From a candidate division WS6 bacterium OLB20 (GTDB taxonomy: Bacteria; Patescibacteriota; Dojkabacteria; B142; OLB20), in contig JYNZ01000001.1 of the NCBI GenBank assembly GCA_001567355.1, positions 5,944 through 69,943 of the forward strand: DNA of 64,000 nucleotides, given 5' to 3'. The notes beneath the pieces are model-generated. The model worked only from the letters and a program-made list of their open reading frames with translations, was not told where the DNA came from and did not search any database. The first letter of the stretch is position 1. Each line of letters opens with the position of its first letter. The position numbers and the translations under genes are program-made. Below, one piece after another: positions 30,517 to 41,625 of this stretch.

Positions 30517-30846
30517 CTAGCTGATCCACCTACCCACCTGATCACAACTCACGACCTTGTCATCCTTATCAAACTCTACAATCCAGGTACCGCCGTCGCC
30601 GGCCAGTGGTCCTGCATGACAGCCAAATTCAATCTGATACCTTTTCTCGGATAACTTATGTGCTTTGATGTAGTGACCGTACACTGCCTCATCGGTGATT
30701 CCGAAGGGTGAGGAGTGTTTGGTGAATAGCTCTTTGATGGATTTACCCTCCTTTAGGTGATCCTGGGCAAGTTGGACGGCAAGGCAGCTGCCTGGAGAGG
30801 CTGCGTTTAAGAAGTTTACTACTTGTTTGTCTGAAAGTTTTGGCAA
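30517..30846 (-). CDS. hypothetical protein
   Basis: 109-aa ORF, last gene of the co-directional cluster and abutting the HAD gene by 1 nt. Confidence 0.4.
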   Translation of the reverse strand: MPKLSDKQVVNFLNAASPGSCLAVQLAQDHLKEGKSIKELFTKHSSPFGITDEAVYGHYIKAHKLSEKRYQIEFGCHAGPLAGDGGTWIVEFDKDDKVVSCDQVGRWIS

Positions 30847-31455
30847 TTAAGTATCTATTCTCTCTGTTACATACGATTTAAATTCATCGAGATTTGTGTA
30901 CAGGAATGCATCAAAGCCAAGTTGCTTTAGTGCTTCGACATTAACCTCATGGTCATCGCTCATCAGGATTTCGTTTGGTTTAAGGTCGAGTCGGCTTGCA
31001 AGTGTTTGAAATATTTGCGGTGAGGGTTTTGTTATCCCTTCTTCATAGGAGGTAACGATGACATCAAAGCTTGCTGACAGGTTGAATCTTTCTTTCAGGC
31101 TTTCAAAGCGGTCGGGGAAGTTGTTAGTGCAAATAGCAGTCTTGATACCTTGATCACGAAGTGTTTCCACAAAACTTACAGTATCCGGATTTGTGTTATA
31201 ACTGCTGATCAATAGTTCTACAAGTTCTTCTCTAGTTGCGTCTATCTCCCAGGTTGAGATTGCATAGTTCCAATACTCCTCACTGCTTATCACCCCACAT
31301 TTGTACCTTTGCATCTCCTCACTCTTAAGGTAGACGTCAACGATGTCCTGTTTTGAAAGCCCATACTTATTGACCAGAGAACTTATGTAGGTTTCTGTAC
31401 CACCTTCAAAATAGACTCCGTCCAGGTCAAATACGACTGCTTTGATTTCGGCCAT
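30847..31455 (-). CDS. HAD-superfamily hydrolase
   Basis: Motif I VVFDLDGV, a cap domain, and motif IV-like LMSDDHEVN. Confidence 0.7.
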   Translation of the reverse strand: MAEIKAVVFDLDGVYFEGGTETYISSLVNKYGLSKQDIVDVYLKSEEMQRYKCGVISSEEYWNYAISTWEIDATREELVELLISSYNTNPDTVSFVETLRDQGIKTAICTNNFPDRFESLKERFNLSASFDVIVTSYEEGITKPSPQIFQTLASRLDLKPNEILMSDDHEVNVEALKQLGFDAFLYTNLDEFKSYVTERIDT

Positions 31456-31463
31456 TAAATTGG

Positions 31464-31841
31464 TTAATTAGATAATATTTCAAGTATCGCTTCGACTTGT
31501 CTTGCGTCAAGCACCATCTCCGGGTACAACCCATGTCGGTACTTTTTGATGATGTGTTGAATCTTTGCAAAAGGGATGGTCTTTGTGTCTTCAGTCTCAG
31601 CAAACTTGATCTGTGAGGTAAAACCGCCTTTCCATGCACCCTTTTCGACTGGGTTACCTGGTTCACCATCAGGTTTTAGTGGTCCTGTGATCTCAAAGGT
31701 GCTTGTGTTGTATAAAAACAAGATGTCGTCTGATTGTATTTTGGAGACGTGACCCCAGAGACCTGGCTCTTCACCAAGGAGCATGCGCTCGTATACTTCT
31801 GGTTTGGTTTTGGCTGTGCAGCGGAAGATGTATCCGGTCAT
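31464..31841 (-). CDS. PUA-like beta-barrel protein (DCD/EVE-type)
   Basis: GYIFRCTAKTKPEVYERMLLG, ILFLYNTSTFEITGP and EKGAWKGG parallel the DCD-domain motifs FGYIFMCN...LFG, LFLYNYST...HGI and AWE. Confidence 0.45.
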   Translation of the reverse strand: MTGYIFRCTAKTKPEVYERMLLGEEPGLWGHVSKIQSDDILFLYNTSTFEITGPLKPDGEPGNPVEKGAWKGGFTSQIKFAETEDTKTIPFAKIQHIIKKYRHGLYPEMVLDARQVEAILEILSN

Positions 31842-32443
31842 TCTAGTTTGTCTCCATAATGATTCTTTTTCAGTTGTCTTATCTTTACTCTTAATGCATT
31901 CACTCTACGATCATTTTCAGGTAGGATTTGAGATTTCTTCTTGAAAAACAGATGTAATGGTATATATGCGACCGCAAATCCAATGATTGTACTTATGTAT
32001 ATGTGAATTTGGAGAACGTTTGAAAGAATGAGAGATGAAGACATGAGTATAAGGAAAAACGCAAGACTAAGCAGCTTCGTTAACCATGTATTCAACTTCT
32101 CTTCTTTATATTTTGTCTTACCTGCATGCTCTAGAAACTCTTCTATGGAATACGAATCAAAACTAAAGTCACCTGCCCAAGTTGTAAAATGGTATGTGTA
32201 AACTCTTCCTTCGTGATAAGCATAACGTAGCTTATAGATGTTAAACAAATCCATTGCTTCAGTAATAAGTTTTTTTTGATCTAGAGAAAATCTTGCGTCA
32301 AATGATTCGTGGGGTAATTCATCCCAAAACATGAACTCTAGACCGTTTTCCTTACAGAAAGAACGAAACTGAGGTACAACAACATTGTTGTTTAATGATT
32401 TCTTTTCTTCCTGCCAACTTTCAAAATCCTGCATGATATACAC
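31838..32443 (-). CDS. hypothetical protein with C-terminal transmembrane helices
   Basis: 201 aa, overlapping the downstream DCD-like gene by 4 nt. Confidence 0.4.
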   Translation of the reverse strand: MYIMQDFESWQEEKKSLNNNVVVPQFRSFCKENGLEFMFWDELPHESFDARFSLDQKKLITEAMDLFNIYKLRYAYHEGRVYTYHFTTWAGDFSFDSYSIEEFLEHAGKTKYKEEKLNTWLTKLLSLAFFLILMSSSLILSNVLQIHIYISTIIGFAVAYIPLHLFFKKKSQILPENDRRVNALRVKIRQLKKNHYGDKLE

Positions 32444-32487
32444 ATTAATCTATCTACTTGCCCCCACCCGTAATCCCAAAAAACCTC

Positions 32488-35400
32488 TCAAAAGAACCTT
32501 GTCAGCTTCTCGAGAATCGTCTCTCTACTCTTGGCACGTTCCTGATTTGGAGTAAAGCGAGACTTGGGTGGCATGACCTTTGTCAGTGCAGTACCTGATG
32601 TCGTTAGACCACCATCACGAAAGGCACTCTCGATGTATTTATACGTTGCCTCTTTGTTCAGGTTTTCTTCGTTAATAATCTGCTCCAGTTCTTCTATCTT
32701 CTTTTTTTCGACATATTTGTGCCACTCGGTGTCAACTGCTGCTTGAGAATCCAGTGACAGAATAAACTGATTGATCAAGTCTTTTTTGTTGCGTAGTTCA
32801 ACACTGGAGTCGATAGCCTTGTTAATGTCCACCAGAATCTCTTTATCTTTGGTATGACTGTCATGATACTGTTTGATCAGCCTTAGAATATAGTCAATGT
32901 TTATTTCGACCTGTTTGATCAGTTCCATCTCAAACACCAGGTCATCATTGATGTTTTCCTTCTCGCCCTTATCTTTGTCGCGGAACTCGTTGTAGAGGTC
33001 GATGTACATGCTGTGATAATCCTGCACGTCCCTTGGTGACAGGATTTCGTTACCTGCAAACTCGTCAAATGTGACAAGAATATTGCGGACACGCAGAATT
33101 TTTCCGTACAGCTTAATAAAGTCCTTCTGGTGTTGTTCACCTTCGATGCGCTCACCAATGGGGTACTCGGCAATAAGCTGTTCGATCAAATCTTTGTAGC
33201 CGGGTACATCCTTGCCTTCATCCGTGTAGCCTTCGTAGTAGTCCTTGTATGGTTTAAGCAGTACGATTCCGCTTGCCTCTTTATCGCCAAACAGGGCGAT
33301 TGCCTCGTTTGTCTTACCCTCCAGATTGCGGAAGCAGACGATATTACCAAATGTTTTTACACTGTTAAGGATGCGGTTGGTGCGTGAGTATGCCTGTAAT
33401 AATCCATGCATGCGCAGGTTTTTATCAACCCACAGCGTGTTAAGAGTTGTGGCGTCAAAGCCTGTTAAAAACATGTTAACAACGATCAGAATATCAACCT
33501 CAGTTTTTTTGACACGTTCGCTGACGTCTTTATAGTAGTTCTGGAACTTATCTGAGGAGGTATCATACGATGTGCCGAACTGATTATTGTAGTCTTTGAT
33601 TGCATTCTCTAAAAAGTCACGTGAGCTGGCATCCAGTCCGCTGGTATCCTCTGAATTTTCATCGATCATACCGTCCAGGTCTTCGTCGTTAACTCCAAAG
33701 CTGTATATCAGGGCAAGTTTGAGCTGTTTGTCGCTGGGTAGACCTTCAAGCTGTCGCTTAAACTCAGCGTAGTACTTTTTGGCTGCATCAATGGAGGATA
33801 CGGCAAAGATTGAGTTAAAGCCTGCCAGTCTGCGATCTTGAATTTTGTAGTAACTGTTGCGTTTGGTCTTTTGATCAAAATGCTCTCGGATGTAGGTAAC
33901 AATATTTGCCAGTCGCTCGGGGGACTCAAGTGCCGCTGCGCGGTCAATGTCGTTTACCTGCTCGTCTTCGATATCTTCTGCCTCGCGCACGGTCGAGACG
34001 TAGTCGACCTTAAAGGGCAACACATTTTTGTCATTGATGGCATCAACGATGGTATAGGTATGCAGTTTGTCTCCAAAAGCCTGCTGCGTAGTTTTAAAGT
34101 CCGGTCTGCCACCTGATGAGGCATTGACTGCAAAAATTGGTGTGCCGGTAAAGCCAAACAGATGGTAGTTGTTAAATGCTTTGGTGATGGCGGCATGCAT
34201 ACTGCCAAACTGTGATCTGTGACATTCGTCAAAAATCAGCACGACATGTCCATCAAACAGTGTGTGCCCACTGTTACGGCTAATAAACCTGTCCAGCTTT
34301 TGAATAGTCGTGATGATAATACGGGCGTTTGGGTCTTCTAGCTGCTTTTTAAGTATCTTTGTTGAGGTATTACTGTTGGCTGCTCCTTCCTCAAATTTGT
34401 CGTATTCCTTCATGGTCTGGTAGTCCAGGTCTTTACGGTCAACGACAAATACGACCTTGTCGACATCAGGCAGTTTGCTGGCAAGCTGAGCTGTTTTAAA
34501 ACTGGTCAGCGTTTTACCAGAACCTGTGGTGTGCCAGATGTAGCCACCTGCCTCGACTGTACCTGTTTTTTTGTAGTTGGTGCTGACCTCGATGCGGTTA
34601 AGGATGCGTTCTGTAGCGACAATCTGATAGGGTCGCATCACCAGAAGCTGCTGTTCGGAGGTAAATACACAGTAACGTGTCAAAATTCGCAGCAGTGAAT
34701 GTTTGGCAAAAAACGTCTTGGCAAAGTCGATCAGGTCAGTAATCGGTTTGTTGGTGGCATCTGCCCACCAGCTTGTGAACTCAAAACTGTTGCTGGTACG
34801 TCTGCCCTTTTTGGCTTTAGCAGAGCTGGTGCTGTCTTTAATGTGCTGCTTGCGGGTGGTGTTACTGTAGTACTTGGTATGTGTACCGTTTGAGATGACA
34901 AATATCTGCACGTACTCAAACAGTCCGGATTCTGCCCAAAAGCTGTCACGCTGGTAGCGGTTGATCTGATTAAATGCCTCCTGGATTGCCACACCTCGGC
35001 GCTTAAGCTCAATATGCACCAGTGGCAGACCGTTTACCAGCACGGTTACATCATAGCGATTGGTATAGTTGCCTTTATCTGTTGAGTACTGATTGATAAC
35101 CTGCAGGGTATTATCATGAATGTTTTCTTTGCTCAGCAGGTAGATGTTTTTACTTGTGCCGTCATCCCGTTTTAGTGTTTTGATGTAGTCCTCCTGGATT
35201 GTGGCAGTTTTTTCGGCAATGCTCTGGTTTGAGTTGGCAATCTCAGTACCAAAAAAGTGCTGCCATTCGTTATCACTAAAGGTGTAATCATTAAGCTTCT
35301 CAAGTTGGGTGCGCAGGTTAGCTTTCAGGTCTTCAGAGGTTGTGATATTTAAGTACTCATAGGCCTGTGACTCTAACTGCTTAATAAATGCTTGCTCCAG

Positions 35401-35508
35401 CTCTGCCTCGCTTTGATAGTGTTCTGCTCTTTTTGTATCACGGGTGTATTCTGCCACAACTGTGCTTTGGTTACTTTCAATGACCAGGTTGTACTTGGGG
35501 TCAGACAT
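32488..35508 (-). CDS. hsdR: Type I restriction enzyme R subunit
   Basis: Helicase motif I HTTGSGKTLTS, motif II LIFDECHRSQFG, and a nuclease region upstream. 1006 aa. Confidence 0.9.
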   Translation of the reverse strand: MSDPKYNLVIESNQSTVVAEYTRDTKRAEHYQSEAELEQAFIKQLESQAYEYLNITTSEDLKANLRTQLEKLNDYTFSDNEWQHFFGTEIANSNQSIAEKTATIQEDYIKTLKRDDGTSKNIYLLSKENIHDNTLQVINQYSTDKGNYTNRYDVTVLVNGLPLVHIELKRRGVAIQEAFNQINRYQRDSFWAESGLFEYVQIFVISNGTHTKYYSNTTRKQHIKDSTSSAKAKKGRRTSNSFEFTSWWADATNKPITDLIDFAKTFFAKHSLLRILTRYCVFTSEQQLLVMRPYQIVATERILNRIEVSTNYKKTGTVEAGGYIWHTTGSGKTLTSFKTAQLASKLPDVDKVVFVVDRKDLDYQTMKEYDKFEEGAANSNTSTKILKKQLEDPNARIIITTIQKLDRFISRNSGHTLFDGHVVLIFDECHRSQFGSMHAAITKAFNNYHLFGFTGTPIFAVNASSGGRPDFKTTQQAFGDKLHTYTIVDAINDKNVLPFKVDYVSTVREAEDIEDEQVNDIDRAAALESPERLANIVTYIREHFDQKTKRNSYYKIQDRRLAGFNSIFAVSSIDAAKKYYAEFKRQLEGLPSDKQLKLALIYSFGVNDEDLDGMIDENSEDTSGLDASSRDFLENAIKDYNNQFGTSYDTSSDKFQNYYKDVSERVKKTEVDILIVVNMFLTGFDATTLNTLWVDKNLRMHGLLQAYSRTNRILNSVKTFGNIVCFRNLEGKTNEAIALFGDKEASGIVLLKPYKDYYEGYTDEGKDVPGYKDLIEQLIAEYPIGERIEGEQHQKDFIKLYGKILRVRNILVTFDEFAGNEILSPRDVQDYHSMYIDLYNEFRDKDKGEKENINDDLVFEMELIKQVEINIDYILRLIKQYHDSHTKDKEILVDINKAIDSSVELRNKKDLINQFILSLDSQAAVDTEWHKYVEKKKIEELEQIINEENLNKEATYKYIESAFRDGGLTTSGTALTKVMPPKSRFTPNQERAKSRETILEKLTRFF

Positions 35509-35534
35509 CAGTATGGCGTGTAAGTGTTAAATAA

Positions 35535-36768
35535 TCATGAAGTCTTGAGTTCTTTAAAGGTAAGCAGTTTGTTGCGGTAGTACTCGTATTGTTTGCGCCG
35601 AGCGTTGAGCTCGGCAGGGAGACCGACGGTTAAATCGGTAGTTAATCTATTGAAACGATCCAATACATCAACTATTTTTTCTTGTTCTTCTTTTGTTGGA
35701 ATGGGAATTTTGGCTTTTCCAATCCATTTTGAATGTATTGATGAGATCTTTGCCGTTCGTATATGTCTCCTTATCTGCATGCGAAACTTTTTTCGTTTGT
35801 AAGAAGTACGATACGTATTTCGGATTTAGTTTATGTGTAAAAATGAAGCAAGCATCATGAACAACTATATCCTGCTCACCAAGCCAAGCAACTCCACCAC
35901 CAATGTCCTCAATTGTCTCGCCAGCTGCGACAATCACAACATCACCGTGCTTTGCAACACGAAGCCTGTTTGCTAGAGTCTCGGGTAGAAAAGAGATTGC
36001 ATCAGTTGCCCATGCACCATAGTGTGTGTACATTTCCCCATAATGAATACATGGTTGTCCTGTATCGACGATGTCGTCCTTTACAAATCTCTTGCCACGA
36101 GTAAACATACCTACTTCATCGAGTGGTTTACATGGTGACTTTTCAAGTACGTACAAATCTTCTAAGAAATACTCATACTGCTTCCTCCTCGCCTCCAGCT
36201 CTGCCTCCAGCTCTGCCTCCAATTGTGTGAACTTGTCGAGGATGCTGACAATCTCCTGCTGGACTGCGAGGGGTGGGAGGGGGATTTTGAAGCTTCTAAT
36301 CATCTCCAGATTTAATCCTCCCCTTGTACCATCACCCGAGGAGATGGTCCGAAGCTGTTGGTACTGGGTAGATAAGAAGTGATAAAGAAAATCACTATCA
36401 AGTCTTTCGTTAGGAATGATTGAGCAGAGAGACTGATTTGTACATAATTCAATTCGTGTTCTAGCGACAAGTCCTCTTGTCTTGCCCTGTCCTGCAAGCG
36501 CAATCACTACAGTGTAAGGAGGCACTAGTTTTGTACTACATGAATCATATCCTACTTGTGTGATTTTTTTGTCGGTTTCAAATATCGTTTTCTTATTAAC
36601 TTCTCCTGAACTCATCCAAGGAATTGTTCCGTTCTCCCAGAATTCTGTCACCTTTGATCTAGGAGTTGCACCTGCTAAGCATTCGGCAACTTCTTCAATG
36701 AATACAAATTCGACTCCTTCAGGGCATTTCTCGGCAATCAATTGTTCGAGTTTGGATTGGTGGTTCAT
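35535..36768 (-). pseudogene. hsdS: Type I restriction-modification specificity subunit, frameshifted near the C-terminal conserved region
   Basis: The 366-aa ORF holds target-recognition domain 1, the central conserved region IPLPPLAVQQEIVSILDKFTQLEAEL and target-recognition domain 2. The C-terminal conserved region (IPIPTKEEQEKIVDVLDRFNRL) is in another frame, in an 81-aa ORF. A T6 run at about 35788-35793 lies in the junction zone. Confidence 0.75.
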
Positions 36769-37289
36769 GGTGTAATCTGTTCAATAATTGTGTCAAATTC
36801 GATTGGCTCTTGGTATTGTCTCCCAGCGGGAAGAATAACTTTGAATGCAAATTGATAGTTAAGTCTCTCGTCATTTATATATGCTTGTAACTTTTCACTA
36901 TCATCAATAGTAGAGCTGGATTTCTTAGCTTCGATTACTGCTAGGTTGTTACTTGTTCCGCGATGGTGAATAATAATATCAGGGTATACAGACACACCGC
37001 CGTCCAAAATGTCTTGTAGAAACTTTCTTCGTTTATCTGTTGGCGCTGATTCTAATTTGCTAAGTACTTCTTCTTGCTTTTCACTCCACAGTTGCACTAA
37101 CTTACCCTCACCTAAGGTTCTGTTATATTCGCAATCTACATTCCAGTCTGGAAGCAATTGTTGCAAATACTCTGCAAGTTTATGAGTGATGCTGCGTTCA
37201 CTAGCATCTACCTGTAGTAGAAGACCGTCTCGAGCTAGAAGCGTTTGGTATGCAGTAATGATTTTTGCTTTTAATGGGTCAGCAGTCAT
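36765..37289 (-). CDS. hypothetical PD-(D/E)xK nuclease-fold protein
   Basis: VYPDIIIHH...LAVIEAKK gives the hhhD...ExK spacing. It lies between the ATPase gene and hsdS on the same strand with 1-4 nt gaps. Confidence 0.4.
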   Translation of the reverse strand: MTADPLKAKIITAYQTLLARDGLLLQVDASERSITHKLAEYLQQLLPDWNVDCEYNRTLGEGKLVQLWSEKQEEVLSKLESAPTDKRRKFLQDILDGGVSVYPDIIIHHRGTSNNLAVIEAKKSSSTIDDSEKLQAYINDERLNYQFAFKVILPAGRQYQEPIEFDTIIEQITP

Positions 37290-37290
37290 G

Positions 37291-39875
37291 TTAGTTTAGA
37301 TTTAATTTCTGCATTCGTTTCTTCAGTGCAGCATCTCCACCTTCAAGAATATTCACCATGTCATCTTGTATTTGCTTCAGTTCAATTCCTCCGTTGTGAT
37401 ACTTGAGGGTATTGTTTTCGTTTTCTGCAACTATCACATTTTCCGAATCAGTCAGGAGTAGTAGGTTAGCGCTATGTGTAGCCACAATCACTTGACGTTT
37501 TTCCTTTTGAGTTAGTAGAAGCCTTCTTAGGTCATTTGAAATACCAGAGACATCAATATCATTCTCTGGCTGGTCAATAATTATCGGATATCTACTTTTT
37601 GACAGATTGAAGACAAGATCTAAAAGTGCCATTGCTTTTTGTCCACCAGTCATGTTTTCAAAATCTATCAATTCTTCTCCCTGCTGATATTTCACAGATT
37701 TTGTGAAATCGATATCGTATCTGCAGCTCAACAACGTCACTAACGCGCTTTCTATATCACCACCTGTTGTCTTCAACCTTGCCTTATCTGAACCAGTAAT
37801 AACGTCCTCAATAATCTGAATCAGCTCGTCCTTTCGAAAATCTCGTTTCTCATCAATAAACTTTCTGAAACGTTCCCCAGATCTTCCGTCAATGAATACA
37901 TCAAAGAAAGTACGTTTATAATCATCTACACCGTAACTAACCGTAAAATCAAATGTTATAAAAGCGAATTCATCAAATGCATTTTTGAGTGTTTCAACTA
38001 TTCCATCGATTTTTTTCTCAAAAGATAGGTATAAATCCGCCGTTTCAGTAATTATTTTATTCAGCTCAAGAGTTGATTTATTGATAAATTTTTCCAGTTT
38101 CTCTATTTCTTTTCTCTCTTCAATTAATATGTTTATTTCCTTTAGAATCTTCTCAATGGTTGTATTTTGTTGTAATTTCGATGTTATCGGGATTAGCTTT
38201 CTTTTCTAAGATGTCTTTCTTTTCTTTTTTTGGCTTGAGTCTCAGTCATTAGTTCTGCAAATAGAGAGTTCAGATAGACCTTAATTTCTTGATTAGATAG
38301 TTTCTCAATCTGTTTTTCAATTAACTCTAGCGTTGTATGAGATAATCCAGAGAACGCTTCGTCGTCAACTGTAATGAAACTCATCTCTTCTCTGCTATTT
38401 ATGTTCGCAATAATTCTAATATCTTGCTCTAACAATTTTATCTCTTTGCTAAGAGATTCTATCTCTGAAGAATATTCTGTTTGATTTTTGATATCCTCAT
38501 CACTTATCGCGACCTTACCAAGCTTATTAATTTCTTCTTGCTTAAGCTTTATTGCTTCTTCTTTATCTATTACTTTTCCAAGAGGTTTTAATTGACGAGT
38601 GGTGTCAACAATCTGTTTTTGCATACTTAAAGCCTCCTTTAGTTTTGCATGAATTTTAAGTTCTATTGAGTTAACCATCTCGGATTTACTTACATCTGCA
38701 TTCTTGAATATCTCGTTATTGAAGAGGCGATCCCTAAGTAACTGATCTCGCTTATCGTATTCCCTACCATCTTCATAGGTGATAGTTGATAGGTAGTTCT
38801 GAGGTATATACTCAACATATTTATTTTCGGAACTATTGTCAGACCATTGAATCGCAAAGTCTTTCAATTTGTGAATTTCTTTAACATCGGGTTGTACTTG
38901 TTCACGAAGCACGTCGTAAGCAATATGTTTAAGTAACACGGACTTACCTGCACCACGTTTCCCAATAACAGAATTCATATCCCTGTTAAAGTACAACGTG
39001 CGGGTTTCGCCATCTTGGTTGTACTCTATTTTGTTGATAAATAGTTCAGGAGATGAGTTTTTGCTTTCAGATGGAGCTCTATCTTGTATCAACACTCTGT
39101 TTTTATAGTCAACAACGGCTTGTCTCAGTGTCTCAAAGCAAGAATCTCCTTTTACCCATGTAAATTTCTTTCCAATTTGATCTAAACTGTGAGCGTCACT
39201 ACTTTGGAATATAGCTTTGGTGGTTAGTGGCTTTTCTACGTCTTCTCCTGTCCAGAATTTTATGTCGTCACTTATGTTTGCAACCTTGTTTGAAGAGTGA
39301 ATGACAAAATCAGAGTCTTTAGTGAGCGATTCATACATTATTGAACTTCTGGAATTCCCTTTGCCTCTGGACAACATTCCAACAAGTACCTTACCTCTAA
39401 GATTAGAAAGTGCATCATCACCTAACGTATTAGTCACATCTTTAAACTCAACTACAGCAATCTTTTTCTCATCTATTGATGTAGCTGCACTGAGCATTTT
39501 ATGACTGCCTGAAACAGAGCAGTTTAACTTTGTAAGAAAAGGGTCAATATCTTGCTTAGTCAATTCATTCGAAAAAACAAGATGGAGATCACAGCAATCA
39601 TCCTCTTTATTCGTATAAGTAAGCCGGAGCTCTAAGTTTAAGAAAACTACAATGCCAACTTTTTCAAGTTTATCTTTCAAACCCCAATCGTCGTCACTAA
39701 AATTGAAGTAGTTAGTTAGACCAACTACTTCTAAATTCTCGTCTTTGATTTTCTGTACATATTCATCCATAGATGAAGATGAAAAAGCATTCTCTAGTGA
39801 AGTATGGAACGAATGTAAGTGTAAATCCCACTTTTTCCATTCTGAACCTCGATTGATTTTTTTGTCGCTTTCCAT
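37291..39875 (-). pseudogene. PHP-domain plus ABC/SMC-like ATPase (Ppl-like defense protein), single frameshift at an A7 tract
   Basis: N-terminal PHP motifs WDLHLHS, CDLHLVF and SSDAHS. Walker A GKRGAGKS, then a long coiled coil. The reading frame stays open across 38193-38205 in a second frame, which continues to the ABC signature MTGGQKA, Walker B IIIDQPENDID and H-loop VATHS. The A7 tract is at about 38225-38231. Confidence 0.6.
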
Positions 39876-39876
39876 A

Positions 39877-41456
39877 TTATTTGTCCTCAATATCCCTGAC
39901 AATCTCATCTATCGCCACCCGCAACTCCTGCTGCTTTTTTACAATCTGCTCAATCTCTTTGTTGAGTTCCTTGATATCAATCACCTCACGGGTATCCTCT
40001 GCTTCAACATAGGTTGAAACACTGATTGTGTAGTCGTTTTCTGCAATCTCTTTGTTGTCCACCAGTCTGACAAAGTACTCTTCGTCTGTGCGGTTTACGT
40101 ATGCATCCAGAATTTTTATACGGTGAGGTTCGCTGAGTTTGTTTTTATTGCCGCTGCGTACAAACTGCTCTGAGGCATCAATAAACAGGGTTTTGTTATC
40201 TTTTTTACTCTTTTTAAGCACGATGATGCAGGTGGCAATGGTCACACCAAAAACAGGTCAGGTGGCAACTGGATTACCGCATCAACGTAGTTGTTATCAA
40301 TCAAGTACTTGCGTATCTTTTTTTCTGCACCGCCTCGGTACAGTACGCCCGGGAACTCAACAATGGCTGCTGTTCCACTGGTAGATAGCCACGAAAGCAT
40401 GTGCATGGTAAAAGCCAGGTCCGCTTTGCTTTTTGGTGCAAGTACTCCTGCCGGTGAAAATCTGGGGTCGTTAATGAGTAGCGGGTTGGCATCACCCTCC
40501 CACTTAATTGAATATGGCGGATTGGAGACAATAGCGTCAAATGGTTCGTCATCCCAGTGTTTAGGGTCAGTCAGCGTATCTCCGTGTGCTATGTCAAACT
40601 TTTCGTAGTTGATGTCATGCAAAAACATGTTGATACGACAGAGGTTATAGGTAGTCAAGTTGATCTCCTGCCCAAAAAAGCCCTGTCGCACGTTGTCTTT
40701 ACCCAGCACCTTGGCAAACTTGAGCAGTAGCGAACCTGATCCACAGGCAGGGTCATAGACTTTGTTTACTGACGTTTTGCCAACTGTAGTGATTTCTGCC
40801 AGTAGTTCACTGACCTCCTGCGGGGTAAAAAACTCACCTCCGGACTTACCTGCGTTAGATGCGTACATGCTCATCAGGTACTCATAGGCATCACCAAAGG
40901 CATCTATCGAGTTATCTGCATAATTACCAATCTTTAGACCTGCTACTGCCTCCATCAGGCTGGTGAGCTTTTTGTTGCGTTTTTCGACTGTATTTCCGAG
41001 CTTTCCTGAGCTCACATCAATATCATCAAACAGTCCCTTAAAGTCATCCTCGCTGTCTGCACCATTGGCAGAGCCCTCAATATTATTGAATATCTTCTCT
41101 AGTGTTTCGTTAAGATCGGGATCGTTTTTGGCACGTTTAACGACATTGGTAAACAATTCGCTGGGCAGGATATAAAAGCCCTTTTCTTTAACGGTGTCTG
41201 CCCTGCCGTATTCGGCGTCTTTGTCTGCGAGTGTGGCGTAGTCAAAGTCTTTGTTGCCTGCGCGCTGTTCTTCTTTATTGATGAACTCGGTCAGGTTTTC
41301 GCTGATAAAGCGGTAAAACAACATACCAAGCACGTACTGCTTAAAATCCCAGCCATCAACGCTACCACGCAGGTCATTGGCAATCTGCCAGATGGCGCGG
41401 TGTAGTTCTGAGCGTTCCTGGTCTTTGGTTACGGTTTTAGTATTTAACTTTGCCAT
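39877..41456 (-). pseudogene. hsdM: Type I restriction-modification DNA methyltransferase subunit, frameshifted
   Basis: HsdM N-terminal domain ([14 protein letters not shown]) and catalytic SNPPYS. The ORF ends ...QLPPDLFLV*, and the next ORF continues TIATCIIVLKK...LFIDAS. Canonical QLPPxLFFGTxIATCI would be restored by one extra T in the CTGTTTTTGGTG run (plus-strand A5 at about 40249-40253). Confidence 0.85.
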
Positions 41457-41625
41457 AGTTCTTCTGATTAATATTAAACTTGTTGCGACCGATATTCGAT
41501 CCAGAATAAAATAATGATGCACAATCACTATTTACGGTTATCATTTTTCCCATGAAGATGTCTGGACTACTTCTGTTTTGATTATACATCCAGTAAGTGA
41601 ACTAAATAACCCTCAAATATTGCTG

